Below are positions 13,948-29,100 of a stretch of DNA of 64,000 bases, piece by piece; the stretch's first letter is position 1, and every line of letters starts with the position of its first letter. Origin of the DNA: Octopus bimaculoides (lineage: Eukaryota); contig NC_068988.1 of the NCBI RefSeq assembly GCF_001194135.2, forward strand, positions 80,642,970 to 80,706,969. Reading direction: 5' to 3'. Made by a program: the position numbers and the translations under genes. Below the pieces are notes generated by a model, which saw only the letters and a program-made list of their open reading frames with translations, made no database searches and was not told the DNA's origin.

Positions 13948-16900
13948 ACACACTATATATATTTTATGCATTGTTTTATAAACTTAATACACAGCACTCA
14001 TAAAATAAATACTCAATGTTCCATTTTCCCCATAAGCAAAAAAAAAAAAATATTCCGTACTTATGATGCAACCTTTAGTTAAATTGCATATATCTGCCAC
14101 ATAAATAAGCATGAATATTTCATGGAATTGCACTCATGTGCATGCATTAAGTGATAGGTGATATAAATAACTTAGTTCAATTAAAAAATACACTTTTCAA
14201 TATCCAATCACCACCACCACCTCCACCACCATCATCTCACTCCTTCCTCTCTGCCTTTCTTTAACCTCACCATCAGAACTCCACCCCTCTGCTACAATTA
14301 TATTTTTAGCTCTCCTCTACCTTCAACTAACTTCTTTAACCACATAATAAATGTCTCCCCTACCTCACATCATGGATGTTTCTCTCCCTCTTTTTCTGTC
14401 ACACTCTTCACATTATCCTCTTTTTCTCCTTTCTTTCCCTTCATCTAATCATGTGAAAGCATTACAATTACATTCCCTCTATCTTGCATCAAGGACACTT
14501 CTCTCCCTCGTTTTCTCTCCCCTTTTTTCTCTATTCAATGAAAGCATTACCAACAGGCTAAGTAACGCAATGGCAAGCAAAATTATCATAATACATTTCT
14601 GTTAACAGCAGCCAGACTGGACCAGTTTAAATGCATAAAACAGCTTGTTTTTTCCCTTCCCAAAATGTACCAAATAAGTTATTTCATCTACACCATTCAG
14701 TGTTTGATGAATAACTCATCATTTCATGCATAAAACAAATTCAAAAGTTATGCAGTATTGCATCATCATCATCGTCGTTTAACGTCCGCTTTCCATGCTA
14801 GCATGGGTTGAACGATTTGACTGAGGACTGGTGGACCAGGAGGCGACACCAGGCTCCAATCTGATTTGGCAGAGTTCCTACAGCTGGATGCCGTTCCTAA
14901 CGCCAACCACTCAGAGTGTAGTGAGTGCTTTTACATCCCACCAGCACGAAGGCCAGTCAGGTGGGTACTGGCGACGGCCACACTCGAAATGGTGTATTTT
15001 ACGTGTCACCTGCACAGGAGCCAGTCCATCGGCACTGGCAACGATCGCGCTCGGACGGTGCTCTTAGTGCTCCATTTTGAAAATTCATGCTTTCAAAACT
15101 GTCTTAATGTCTAAATTAAATTTATTGGAGACTTAAGTGTAAACCAATTATATCTAGTGAAGAAAATGAGAGAGAATTTCATAAAGAAATACATAAGCTA
15201 AATAAATTATTAATGTTGAAGAAATGTAACTTACTGCTTAAATGCTGGTAAGTAACTGTAAAATGCTTGAGAAACAACATTATAAACAAATGGCAGATGC
15301 TTCTTAATATCTTTTGTAGCCCAATCCTTAAAGAATAAATTCAATAATCCTTGGTCACCACCTACAGAGAAAGTTATAAAATATTAAATGGCATGAAAAG
15401 AAAGTATTTAATTTTAAGCAAAAATAAAATAAAATAACTCACTTCAGATTCCAAAACATTAACTGACAGAGGTTAAACTTTTACCAACTCATTTATTTCA
15501 AATGAGCATATGAAGTTACATATTTTCATACCAATCTTTTTACAATTTAGATTCTCTAAAAAGAAATAATGGGAAATGCAATTCTAGCAATGCTAATAAA
15601 TGCTTGCCTTGAAAATAGTTGAATTAAACAGTATTGATTCAACGTACTTGTGTAAAATGTATTGCAGACGTTTTTACTTTAGTGCAAACTATCATATGAG
15701 AATTTAGACTACTGCAATTTCAGTTTGAAAAGATTTAATAGGTTTTTCCCTAAAAACAAATATCCTAACTAAAATCAAGTTTTACTTCTAAATATCAAAA
15801 TAGAAAAGAAAAATAGACACTGATTTTGAGTTATGATATGACAGATACCAGTCTGAGGATGTCAACACACAGAGCCTGCAAATTATGTAAACTATTGCTT
15901 TCACCAAATCTATGGAAAAAGTTGAGCCTCACACTTATGTTGAAACCCATCACATCACTGCCTTTTCTACTGCTAACTACAGAAAACTTTTCAGTCCTGA
16001 CTGCTTTCACACAACCTCAACTCATCACTTTAATGTCCACTTTTCCATGCTTGCATTGGTCAGATGGAATTCCTTGAAGATTTTCTACAGCCAGATGCCC
16101 TCCCTGCTGCCAACTCAAATGTTTCTAAGTAAAGTAATTTTTCCCCATGGCCAGATGTTTTTCACTGATGATTGGAAACATCACTTGCACATTTACATCC
16201 ATCATTTGAAGTTAATAAAAAAAGTACTCATACACAAACACATATACACACAGTTTCCATTTACCAAATCCTTTCACAAGGCTTTGGTTAGCCTTACATC
16301 GGAAGACATTTGCCCTAGGTGTTATGCAGTGGGACTGAATCTGAAACCACATGGTTGGAAAACAAGCTTTTCAACCACATAAACATGATTGCACTGAGAC
16401 AAACACATACACACACACAGCTTCTACCAACCAGTTTCACCAGGTATTGAAGTGACAGTTATATTATAAAACATTAGCTAACAACATTCACACAGTAGGA
16501 CTGCAAAGCATTTTAGTCCTACACCTCATCTCGCTTATAGTGTCAACCTCCACCCAAACCACTTTTCCCAACCCTTCCTCTCTTAAGTCATTTCACAGGG
16601 ATTCCCTCCCTGCCTATGTTTTTCCTGCAGCTGCCAACTTACAACTGTTCAACAGAAAATTGAATCACATTAATATCACCAAATTCTGAGGGCCTACAAA
16701 AACTATGAGCACAGTCCCTTTGTCCAGACCAAACCAATGTAAAAATAAACCTCCATTAGATATAGTGCCCATAGCCAAGAGAAGTGAGCCCTTGTTAGTG
16801 ATATACCTTAGTAAAAAGATTTCCCCAAACAAGCATGAAACAATATTTCCAGCAGCTATTTAGATAAAATATATCAAATGCAACAGAGATAATCCTAGAG

Positions 16901-19900
16901 AAAAGGTTTATTTACCATCAAACGAGCCTTCAGTCTTAGCAAACTGAATCAATGACTTATATGTTTCTTCATTTGGTTGCATTACAAAAACACCAGAATT
17001 GAAACAATCAGGCCATCCTGGATCAGGAGCAGCAGAAAGTTCCTCCTTTTCAAAAAGCTCATCCACACTATCAAGAACCTGTAAGAGAAATTTGAGTTTG
17101 ATACACCATTCAGTTAGAAGGAAACAAGACTACCAAAACAGAGAGGGTATATATATATATATATTAAAAAAAAAAAAAGGAGGGGAAATATCTAGTCACT
17201 AAATGCATTCCAACAATTCATATTTAAATCTGTAGCACCATAAAAGATATAAAAAGTGTTCTTCAAGCTTATGCAGATAATTAATGGTTTCAATCTTTGG
17301 CACAAGGGCTCACTTCTAGGGAGGGAGTTAATCAATTACATCGACCCTAGTGCTCAACTGGTATTTTATTGATTCTGAAAGGATGAACGGCAAAGTCAAC
17401 CCCAACAGCATTTGAACTCAGATTTTCTTAATAGTGCAATAACAATTGTGATAGCTCACCACTATTTACGCAGATAATTATTACAAATAAAATATTAAAA
17501 ATCTGCTAACAATTTACTTACCAAAGTGTCAGCATCTAAAAACACACATTTCGAGTACTGTGTTAATTTCCAACAGTAAAGTTTTGTGAACGTTACATTG
17601 AGATCAGGCCTACCAAGGAGTTGAAGATTTTTGTAGTCATGACTAGAAATTATGTCAACTTCACAAACTTCATCAAAAACATCATAAAGATTTTTTCTAA
17701 AAATAAAAATGAAAAACAAAAATATCAAACAAGGGGGGGGAAAAATCACAACAGAAACACTAAACAAATAACTGATATAAATCAATAACGTTAATTAGTT
17801 TCCATTAAATTTATTAAAAAAATCTTTTAGTCCACTACAGAAAATAAAAATTATGAGCCCCAAATCTACTGGTACTCCTTAACTCTTTTCTCTCATTGCA
17901 GCCATCTTCTAATAACACTTGCTATCACCTCACAAATCTTTTACATAAGTTGATATTTCTTTCTCAGTCACAAAAGGTCCTGCTTGAAACAAGAGACTTC
18001 TCTTCCTTATAGCATGAAACTTTACCCACTATTTAACAGATACAGGACATCACTAGTTTGCTCAGATTCTACAGCTTTTATACATCTGGCATTCAGTTTA
18101 TTTAATATTCTAGTCTTTCTGCCACTTCATCAATATTTGTGAGAGAATTACCTGTGCCACATAAGGCTGCTAGCCAGAGATGTCTCACCTATTTGACAAT
18201 GAAGTTCATATCAACCTCTTGGACCCTTATTGCTAATTAGTAGAGTATATGTCCATGTTTTAATTAATGGCAGCTTTTGAAGAATCTATATTCCAAATTG
18301 TTATCAATTTACTTTATATAAACATTCTGCAGCAAGTGTGACTCATATTCATGATCAACATTGATATTATCAAAAATGAATGGAAGAAAACATTGGAAAT
18401 ATACAGAATGACAAATGTAATTAAGTAAAAAACAAAAATTACCTGAGACTCTCAGATACACCTTTTGTAATGAGCACAACTAACTTTCTTTGAGTTTTGG
18501 TTCTCCGTAAGGATTCTCCAAGGACCAAACATCCCAATACATAGGTATCATTTGTTGCTAAGGTCACAAAAGCCTCCTTACCTATAATATATTAGTAAAC
18601 TCCAATATTATGACATGTAGGCAACTTCAGTCTTTCATATTATCAAACTTTATAGAAAGAACATTACATGCAAATAAAGCAAGCAATTTGAGAATTGTGA
18701 TTTTGCTTCCTTGGCAAAACTGCTAAAAAGGAAAAAATCAAGATGATCCTTAAAACTTTTAGTATTTGAGAACACTTTATGCAAAAACAGAGGCTAGCTA
18801 GACAACAATGTTCACAAGATATAATTTATCTATTGCATTTGCCAATAAAAAGTAATAGGAATACAATAGAGTGGTGATTAATTTAATCAACTAATCCACT
18901 GGATGTGTTGGTCATAAATCAAACTAACTCTTGGTTGTGTACTGGTCAAAAATATAACTAACACACTGGTTATGTCGATTATAAGTAAAACTAATCTATT
19001 GGCTGTGTGTGTATATCATAAATGTAACACACTGACTGTGTTGATCACAATTAAAACCCATTGATTGCGTCTATTGATCATATACATAAATCAATCAACA
19101 TCCAACTAATACAGTAGCACTACTGTTGCCAAAAATAACTTGCACTTTTTTTTTTTTAATGTTATTTAAAAATACACGAATTACTAAATGTAACTTCCAA
19201 TTCAAGATAGCTGTGAAATAATACTGCATTTGATAGAAAATAAGATGCACATTTTTTTCCAACAAGTCTCAAAAATTTACTCCAAGTCCTATCTGCAAAG
19301 TCGGGCCTCCCATAAGCTTTTAAGAACTAACAATAATTTTTTACTGAATATGAGCAGCTGAAACTGGGTTGCATATAATATGCCCGTGCATCTTTTATGA
19401 TACTTTAAGCTATTAGTTAATTTTCATCAATATTATAAAGTAGTAAACATTTCACCTCAATAAAAATTTCAAATATATTGACTCTGCATTTCATTTTCTC
19501 TTCTCACACCCACTTTCGNNNNNNNNNNGGGGGGGGGGGGGTTCAGCGGGAATCTTGCCAGCAAACTGGATCATGAAGAGTTATGTACCTTGCACCAAGA
19601 TAAACAAAACATTTCCTGTTGCTCAAGATTATAAGCTAAGGTATCGGAAGTAAGCATTAATATGTCTGCATATATGCACAAATGTTTGCATCTAAGCAAA
19701 GTATGAGAAGTCTTCTCCAAACAGGCAATCAAAATTAGCAGACTAATTTGGAGATTATTTAAAATTAAAGTAAGGGACCAATACTTTGTAGTTCAGCTAC
19801 TTCAAAGTTACACCTAAAAAATTACATACTAAAAAGATATATATCAATTACAAATTTGTACTTGATACACAGGTCTAATTGTAGGTAGGCAATGAAACGT

Positions 19901-20141
19901 CAGAAAAAATATCACTATCATCACTGGGTTGAACACAATTCTTTGGGGCAGATTTTTTTTTATGGCTAGATGTCCATCCTGTCACTAACTTTCTCACCCG
20001 TTTTCATGCAAGACAATGAATATTCCCCATGAATAGACGTGTATTCACAGGAGACTGGAAATGAATGATGCTACTTGTAGGACAGTGATACTCATCATTT
20101 ACAACTATCATGATAAAGGGACGCTAACACACGTTCACCAC

Positions 20142-20175
<34 letters not shown>

Positions 20176-23100
20176 TGGGCTTTTAGTTTTCATGTATCAA
20201 ATCCACTCACAAGGCTGCAGTAGAAGACATTTGCCCAAGGTGCCATGCAGTGGGACGGAACTTATTGGGAAGCAAACTTCTTCACTAGACAGCTATACAA
20301 GCATCAAGGTATAATACAAATTGTATTTTCTTGAATATTGTGATGAATGGAAGAATTTAAATTTATCGTAATTACTGTATAAAATACATCAAAAAAGTTC
20401 ATCTATAGTAAACAAAGCAAAAACACACTTGAAAGTAACCTTTGAATACCACCAGTTTTGGTCATGGAAATTACATGTGTAAAATGTATGTGCATGTGAG
20501 TGTGCATGTACTCAATATTGTTTAATGAAAATTGTATTTTCTGAGTTGGGGGTCTAACAACACAACAATTGCAAAACTTGAAGAATCTGCATACAAAATT
20601 AAAAACCTGAATTGGAAACTGTTTCCACATACTGAACCCTTTAAATATGAAGCTATATAAACACAATAACGAATGTGTATGTTCACATTACAAAGAATGA
20701 TATCACACTAATAGATGTTTTAAGAAACTGTGCTGTTTTTAGTATATCTATCAAACAACCACTCATATTTTCTTTAAACAATACCCTACCGCCTTATGTA
20801 TTGTATGTTTGTATAAGCCAACAAGTGAAACTTCTACATGACAGCTGGACATGTGAATAGCAACCAATCCTCTAAATTGCAGGCATCCATGTATTTGCTG
20901 ACCAATGAGCAAAGCCTCTATCTACATAGTGGCTAAATATGTTAGAAATAGCAGCCAATTCTCTCTCATATCACACCATGTGTCTCATATTAGATTGATA
21001 AAGTAGTTGGGCCTTGCAAAATACCTGTCAGTTTTATTTAAAATGAAAGATTACCATTTTAAACTTTCTGATTTTTTAAACGTTTTTCACCATACTAATT
21101 TTTACTCTCTTCTATAAATATACAAATAAACAAGATGCAGGATTAGTGAGATGCTATTTTAAGCATATATTAATTCAGTTCTAGCCTGGCTAGCTATCAC
21201 ACAAATCAGTCAAACACTTTGGTTACCTATACTGAAAATCATTTTACGACTTACTGATGACTACCTCCAGACATCCTGAGCAAAGGAAACCAAATCAGGT
21301 TGAAATATCACTTTCCAATCTACCGGCATTCTCAGTAAATACCTATGTCTTTTTCTATACACGAGTCTTTGTAAAGTTTCTCTGAGACAGCTGTTCTATA
21401 TTAGTGCTGTTCCAGATTTGTATATTGAACGCTAAGTAGAATGGATTACATTTCGCTAAGTTCTTCTCCTTTCAACAGTCTTACTAGGCAATGGTATATC
21501 ATCAAAGCAGATTCTGCTCCTAAAGCTCTTTCTATAACCATCATAAAGTGGTCCATCAGTTTAATGCCACAATATCTGCCAATTTCTTTTCACCAGACAA
21601 ATTAAGTTAACAAAGAAAAAAAATGCCATACAAAATTTGCTAAACAACCAACCAACTATAAACATGCATGCAGGTCTCCACAATATCCTTATAATTGATT
21701 AGCAATTTTGAAATCAACATACTTTCATATGACTTTGCACTAAACCACTTAAATAACACTGATCTAGTTTTCTAAAAGTTTATTTTCTTCGATAGCTGCT
21801 ACCCATCAATACTTTTACTCATCTCCAAAGTATTAACTTTTGATTTTAATGTTGTAAGCAGTAAGATGCCACTACATTCCCTATGCAATAGTATTCCTGT
21901 TTCTACTTCTTTCCAAACGCTGTATTATGTCAGTTTCTGGGTACAATGAGCAACTTAAAAGCTTTCTTTTCACAGCTTTCCCAAACTGGTAGGAATATCC
22001 TTTACTGTTTGACCAATATATAACTAGGTGTGGTTGAGTGGTATGAAGTTTACTTCCAAACTGCATGATCTCAGGTTCAGCACCAAGGCATGACATCTTG
22101 GGCAAGTGCCAACTATAGCCCTAAGCCAACCAAAGTCTTGAGAGTGGATTTGGTACACAGAAACTGAAAGAAGCCCATTTGTGTGTGACTGTGTGCATGT
22201 TATTGTCTCCTTGGCTTGACTTCATGTAATAGTTGTAAACAAATGTCATTTTTATGCAAGCAGTGTTCTTCATTTCCAAATGTCAATGAAAATCTCTAGT
22301 CATGGAGTATATTACCTTACTTGGAAATTGAGGGTCGGCGACAGGAAGGAGATCCAACTACAGACAATCTGCCTCAACAAATTCCATCCAATCCATGCAA
22401 GCATCAAAAAGTGGACATTGAACAATGAAGATAAAAGTAAAATACTTAAACACTGACAATTGGTTTTTTTTTCAACTTGAATGTATAAACAGTTATGGAG
22501 TCATATCAATAACCAGTGACAGGATTAAAGAAAATAAAATTGGTGAATGATGAAAAGGGTATCAGATAATTGGATCTGAGACTATTGGACACGAGATTAA
22601 TGTACATTTATCATATGCACACACATACTATACATCACTTGTATATATTTATATACATGCTTTTTTTTCTCCATGTTGGAATGGGCTGGACAAAGACATT
22701 GAGGCAGTATTCTACAACTGGATGCCTTTCTGTCACCAACTTCAGTTTTTATTTCTGAAATAAGGTATTTAATTCTACTGGTCTTCATACAAACCTGCTG
22801 AATCACAGAACACATTGTATACAAGAAATACATGCACCATTGCTTAAAAAGGAGTCAATGTGGATATAAGGGAACAAATACTTGCACATGAACCACACAC
22901 ACACATTTCATATACATACATACATTACAAACATCTCAGTGTAAGTGATTTGAGAGGCAAACTGGGTATACAAGGCATCAGATGTAGTGTAAAAGAGAGA
23001 AGACTGCACTGGTACGGTCATGTAATGTGTATGAATGAAGACAGTTGCATCAAGAAGTGTCGAGCTCTAATTGTGGATGGAACATGTGGAAGGGGTAGAC

Positions 23101-26100
23101 CTAGGAAGATGTGGGACAAAGTGGTGATAAAAGATCTTCAGATGTTAGGCCTCACAGAGATAACAGGCGACTGAGACTTCTGGTGGCTTGCTGTACTTGA
23201 GAAGATATGTCAAGTTCAGTAAGTACATGGTCGTTTGCATACAGGCATTACTAATCTTGCATGCCAGTACCACATCAAAGCACCCATGCCAGTGCCGCAT
23301 AAAAGTACCCAGTACTCTCAGTAAAGTGGTTGGCTCTTGTCAAACAGTCCAACTCATGCCAGCATGGAAAACAGACATTAAATGATGTGTGTGTGTGTGT
23401 TTTTTTAACCATACAGCAATACCTGCACTTACACATGTTAAATATATGTATACGTGTCAACATATATGAACGTACATGTGCATATTATCATGCCTGTACT
23501 TGTACACATCACATAATAAACATGCCTTTGATTGGGTACCGAAAAGTAACAGGAAAGGTTCTCTGTGGGCCAAGTCTGTTGTAGTTCAGGCTTCCGCCAC
23601 TCGAAGCCACTTGATGCGACCCTCAGGTATCAGTATGCCAACCAGTGTCAAGTGTAGTCCTACTACCACGTGGTGCATCTTTGCTTTGCAGTGCTTCTCT
23701 CCAGTTCATCAACTTTTGCGATGGCTGAAATGAAGGAACAGCGTACTTCCATGAAATTCTGCTTTCTGCTGGGGAAAACGGCAGCCAAAACAGTTGTCAT
23801 ACTTCAAACAGCTTACAAAGAGGCTGCCATGAGCAAAACAAGTTTACACGTGGTTTTCACACTTTAGGAATGGTCACTTGAAGACCAACCTCCTGAATGG
23901 ATGAAAACATGAAAATTCATGAACTGATCTTGGAGGACCATCACCAAACAATTGACAAACTTGTTGATATGACCAGTATGTCCTGGAGCTCCTGCGAACA
24001 AATTTTGAGCAAGGAATTGCAAATGAAAAGTGTTGCAACAAAATTTGTACCTTGCTTGATCATGGAAGATCAAAAGCAGTCACGACTGAATGTCACAAAC
24101 TGAAAGAACAGTTGGAAATTGATCCAGACCTTTTTCCGAAGGTCATCACTGGTGACAAAAGCTAGTGCTATGGAATTTGCAGATGTGGAAGAGGTGAAGA
24201 GAGAAAAAATTTAATGTATTAAAAAAGGCCTCACTTTGCAAGAGTTTCAATACTGCTTCGAACAGTGGAAAATACGTCTGGATTGATGCGTTGCTTTGAA
24301 AGGAGAATACTTTGAAGACAATAAAAGTGTAAACACATAAGACTAAATGAATAAAATAACATTGCAAAATTCCGGTTTCTCTTGGGTACCCCTTTGTACA
24401 TAGCATTATATGAGAATGCCTAAGTTTAATGATTTGATTGGTTCCAAATATCCAGTTTGTGAGGGGCTAATTTACATACAAATAATGCTTTAAATAGTGA
24501 CTGCATTCTTGCTGAGATCTGACATTTTTGAAGTGTTAAATGTAAGGAACAATAAAATAATTTAGGCATAACCAATACTTTCATATCATTCACAGTAAAC
24601 AGATCCTTTATAAACAATAAACAATCACAAGTACTTTTTTTTTTTTCTATTTATCACTTAATGATCTTAGCTCCTCATATTTGGTTCAATGAAAGAAAGA
24701 GTTTATTGCTATGGCAGTCTTTTTAGTTCATAAATTCCTTGACACCAGGCATGACATTTATTTTAGTCTGCAACAATTTGTCTACTTCACACAAAACCTT
24801 TATATCTTGAAACTTTCAAATATGTGAAACAGCTTCATCTAATCCTTAAAGGATGAAGATAAAGAGGAATTCATGTTGCTTGATCTTTTCCAGATTTTTC
24901 ACCGTGATCTTCCATTTCAAAGAGATTTTATCATATAACTGAAATCTTGTAAATTAGTCACTGGAACATACAAGGTGTAACTAATTGTTGATATCGACAA
25001 TCATCTCTCTCTCTCAATTTCAATCATCTTTACTGATTCTACAAATACCTCTAAATTATTAATAACTTGAAAACATTTTTCCCAAAATATCTCATTTTTC
25101 TCTTCTCTTCATTCCACTCCTTTTATATGCAATTAGAATATTGTATCATTTCCATCATTTAGTTACCTTCCTCATCAATAGCATTCATTAATTCATCAAA
25201 TGTATGACAAAGAAAATATACTTTAAAGGTTGCAATAATACCTTGGTCTGTTGTTTCCAAAAGTTGGAGGCATAAACAATTTGAAGTTTAGATGCTGATA
25301 TAGAGACAGTAGATGACAGGATGCATTTTCTACAGTCAGTAGCAGATGAAATAGAATATTTTTGTCTTCAAAATATATATATATATATATTTTTTTTTTT
25401 TACTTGAGTTACAAAATGAATGCAAAATCCCATCACCAAATAATGAAGTTGTAACCCAAGCCTATTTGCTTTCTATAAGATTTCCATAAGTGTAGTTTTT
25501 ACAAAGCCTTTAGTTGCTCTTTGATTTAACACAACGCAGAAGCACAAATCTGAACTTAGTCTTCCTCCAAACAAGAAAAATGTTAACCAATTTTTAACAA
25601 CTTTAAAACTTAGCATCAATAATTTCTTTTGCAACATTGCTTCTTGATGGAATGTGCTTTTAAAATATGCACATTTCATCTAAATTAACAGTTTGTAAGC
25701 TCATGTAGCTATATTCTATTATTTCTTTTAATTGTTTTTGTTTAAATTTGTTATTTCAGTGCCTGCACTCACAGCTTCCACTTACCAACGAGCTCATTTT
25801 TCACATCTCTAAAACCAGACATTACATACAGTAAATGCGTTTTAACAGTTGGTTTTTTTTTTCTGGGTTTTTTTTAAGAACAGATGAACATTTATTACAA
25901 ATAACATCTAGATTAATAGGCATGCCTAATTAGATTTTATTATTTTTCCATGTTGAATGCAAGGACTTTAATAATGAAATTAAAATTGCACTTTTAATTC
26001 ATTCAAATATTTTTCTCTATCCATTAAACCAAAGATATTAGTTGATGACTCAGAGAAAATTTTAATACTACATCTGCAATGGTTGTCCTGACTTTTTGTT

Positions 26101-29100
26101 TAAAGTTTTGCTTTTTTTTTTTGTTTTTAAAGTTTTACATTTCTTTATATTGGACCTAGAAACATTTACAATCTTTACAGTAACTGAACTTTTAAATACC
26201 ACTAAAGATCATTAAGTATACATGTCTACATTAGGTACAAGATGTACATGTATACATAATATAACCAAAACCATAGCTGTAGATATATGGCTTTATGGTT
26301 AAAAAGTTAATTTTGCAACCACCTGGTTTCAGGTTCAGTTCATTGGGCAGCTGTCTACTACAGCCCTAGGTCAACTGAAACCATACAAGTGAATATGGTA
26401 GAGAGAGACTGAAAGAAGCCTATTGTGTGTGTGTCTCAGTGTTTGTTAACATTAGTGATCTACAAAAGTCACTTGCTACAAATGGTGTACTACTGTCAAC
26501 AAATCAACTGCACATTTTGGACCTTTGAAGACTTGTGTTCAATAAGAAGTCTCTTACATGAAAAGCAGGCATGGATTAATGATAGGAAGGGCATCCAGCT
26601 GTAAAACAATGCCTGAATAATATGTATAACCCATGCAAACATGGGAAAACAAGACATAAATGATAACTGTCATTTGAAATCAAGTATGACATGATAACAT
26701 GTATCATGCTTTCACTAATTGTTTTAGGTGCTTATATAGTCACAAACAGACATCCTTTCAGTCATTTTACGTTTAACCCAGCAGAACAACAAAGATGTGA
26801 CAGCAGAGAGAAGAGAGGGTGGCATTAAAACTCAGCTGATACTCATTTAAGTTTAGTGTACTGAAGCAATAAGTGCTTTGCCCAAGGACACATGTCTCCC
26901 AGTTCAGGAATCAGACCCATAACCTTATGATTGAGAGTCTAAGAGCCTAATCATCAGACCAGACACCACCACTGAACATAAATGGTATATATTTGTATGC
27001 ATGTCACTTCTGCTCAAGCAAATATACATACCAAATATGTACACACATGTATACATGCTATACACATATGAATAATATACTTATGTACCAGCATAGATGT
27101 GTGGTTACAAAGTTCACCTCACAATAGGTCATCAGGTCCCATCACACACTGTGGTAACTTAGACAAATGTCTTCTACTATAGCCCTGAGTTGATTTGGTA
27201 GATGGAAACACTACAGAAGCCCGTCATATATCTTGTAAAACACTTAAAATATCTATACACACAAGTGTGTATGTCCCCACATCTTTACAGTCACACTGTT
27301 TGAGTAGTAACATTTAATTTTGTCTCCCATAGCTCAGCAATATTGTCTGTTTCAATACGAGAAAACCAACGGAATAATGAGGGTGGGCTGAAAAGTTCAT
27401 AGGCTGGCTATGCAGGATTAATGACAGAGCTGTGAAATTTTGCATCCATTAATTTTAACTCCTCTTATTAATGACTGCACCGTTTCTTTCCAGCTAAACT
27501 GAACTCTGACTGTTCAAAGAAGACTTTAAAAGTAACAAGTAGCAACTACTCTTGAAAATCGACAAAATTTGGCACTGTGGGGTCACAAAGTACCTGCAGA
27601 AAAAGGCTTTAGCCCCCAAGGACATTCATGTTAACATGCTACATTAGAGGAGGACACTATAGCTTTATCAGCAGTGTAAACGTGAGCAGCTGATTTTTGG
27701 AAGGAAAAGGGGGAGTCTTGAAGATCAGCCAAGGTCTGGACCTCTGCAACCACTGAAGAAAACATTAACTGTGGTCACCACTTGGTGATGCATGACAAGT
27801 GATTGACTGTAAATCAAACAGCCAGTGCTATTAACATATGAGAGTTGGGAATATTCTGCACAATGAAATTGTCATAAGGAAGGTTTCTGCTTGGTGGATG
27901 CCACATCTTCTGATGCACATTTGAAAGTGCACCAGGCTGATCACATCATGGGAAAGTCTGACATTGTTTCAGGCAGATCCAGCTGGTTTCTTTGAATGAT
28001 TTCTAACCCAAAATGAGTGTTGGGTTCATCACTTTGAGCTAGAGACAAAGGGACATCCATGCAGTGGAAACAACCCACCTCACCTGCTCAAAAGAAAGCC
28101 AAGTTTGCTTCATTTGCAGGGTGTGTGATGGCCTTAGTATTTTGGAGATGCAAAAGGCATTGTGTTTATCGACTTCAAAAGGGTCACACCATCAATAGAG
28201 TGTACTATGCCAAATTGCTGAGGCAGTTCCAGAAAGCTATCAAGACCCAAGAAAACTGACAAAAAGAGTCTTGTTTCATCAGGACGATACTCCAGCACAC
28301 AAGTCCTTGGTTTCAATGGCTGCTGTGTATGACTGTGGCTTTGAACTGGTTGATCACTCTCCCTATTCTCCTGATTTCGCTCCATCTGACTATCATCTGT
28401 TCAACATGAAAAAACACTTAGCTGGGAACCAGTATTGCATTAATGATGATATCGTATCTATTGTTAACAGGATGAGAGCCAACAGGATGAGGCCAACAGG
28501 ATGAGAGCTTCTTCACCAATGAGATCCAAGCACTGCAACACTAATGGAATAAGTATGTGGAGTGCAAGGGGTACAATGTTGTAAAATAAACCTCATTTGG
28601 TCACATTCCATGAGTATTATGGTCACCCTATGAACTTTTCAGCCAACCTCATAAACTACCTTAATTAAAGATAAAACAACATGAAGGGCAGCAGGCCCTA
28701 CAATACTGCCTCAGTAAGTCTCATCCAACCCTTGCTAGCATAGAAAAAGTTGACGTAAAAACTACCATACTGATACAGACATACACATAATATGCACAAT
28801 AGACATGACTATATAAAAAGAAAAAATACATATATACATTTGTGAGTGCATCCTGCAAGTGTTTATGGTTTAAAACCTACTCTAGTTTATTCTAAGTCCT
28901 TTAATATCCCAAAATTTAACACTATGACAATAAGTATCAAACAGGAGTCAATACAATTGAGAAGGCCATTGAAGATAATGCCCTAGCATAATTACAATCA
29001 ACTAAATCAAACCAATTAGAAGAACAATAATACAGAAACAATATGCACAAAAATATGCACAGAATATTCTTATACAAGCTGCTGTAGCAATGAAAAAAAA

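Noticed and set aside
24690-24980. Minus-strand degenerate peptide ([12 protein letters not shown]...[16 protein letters not shown])
   Set aside because: Looks like an old transposase fragment but has stops and cannot be assigned without a profile search.
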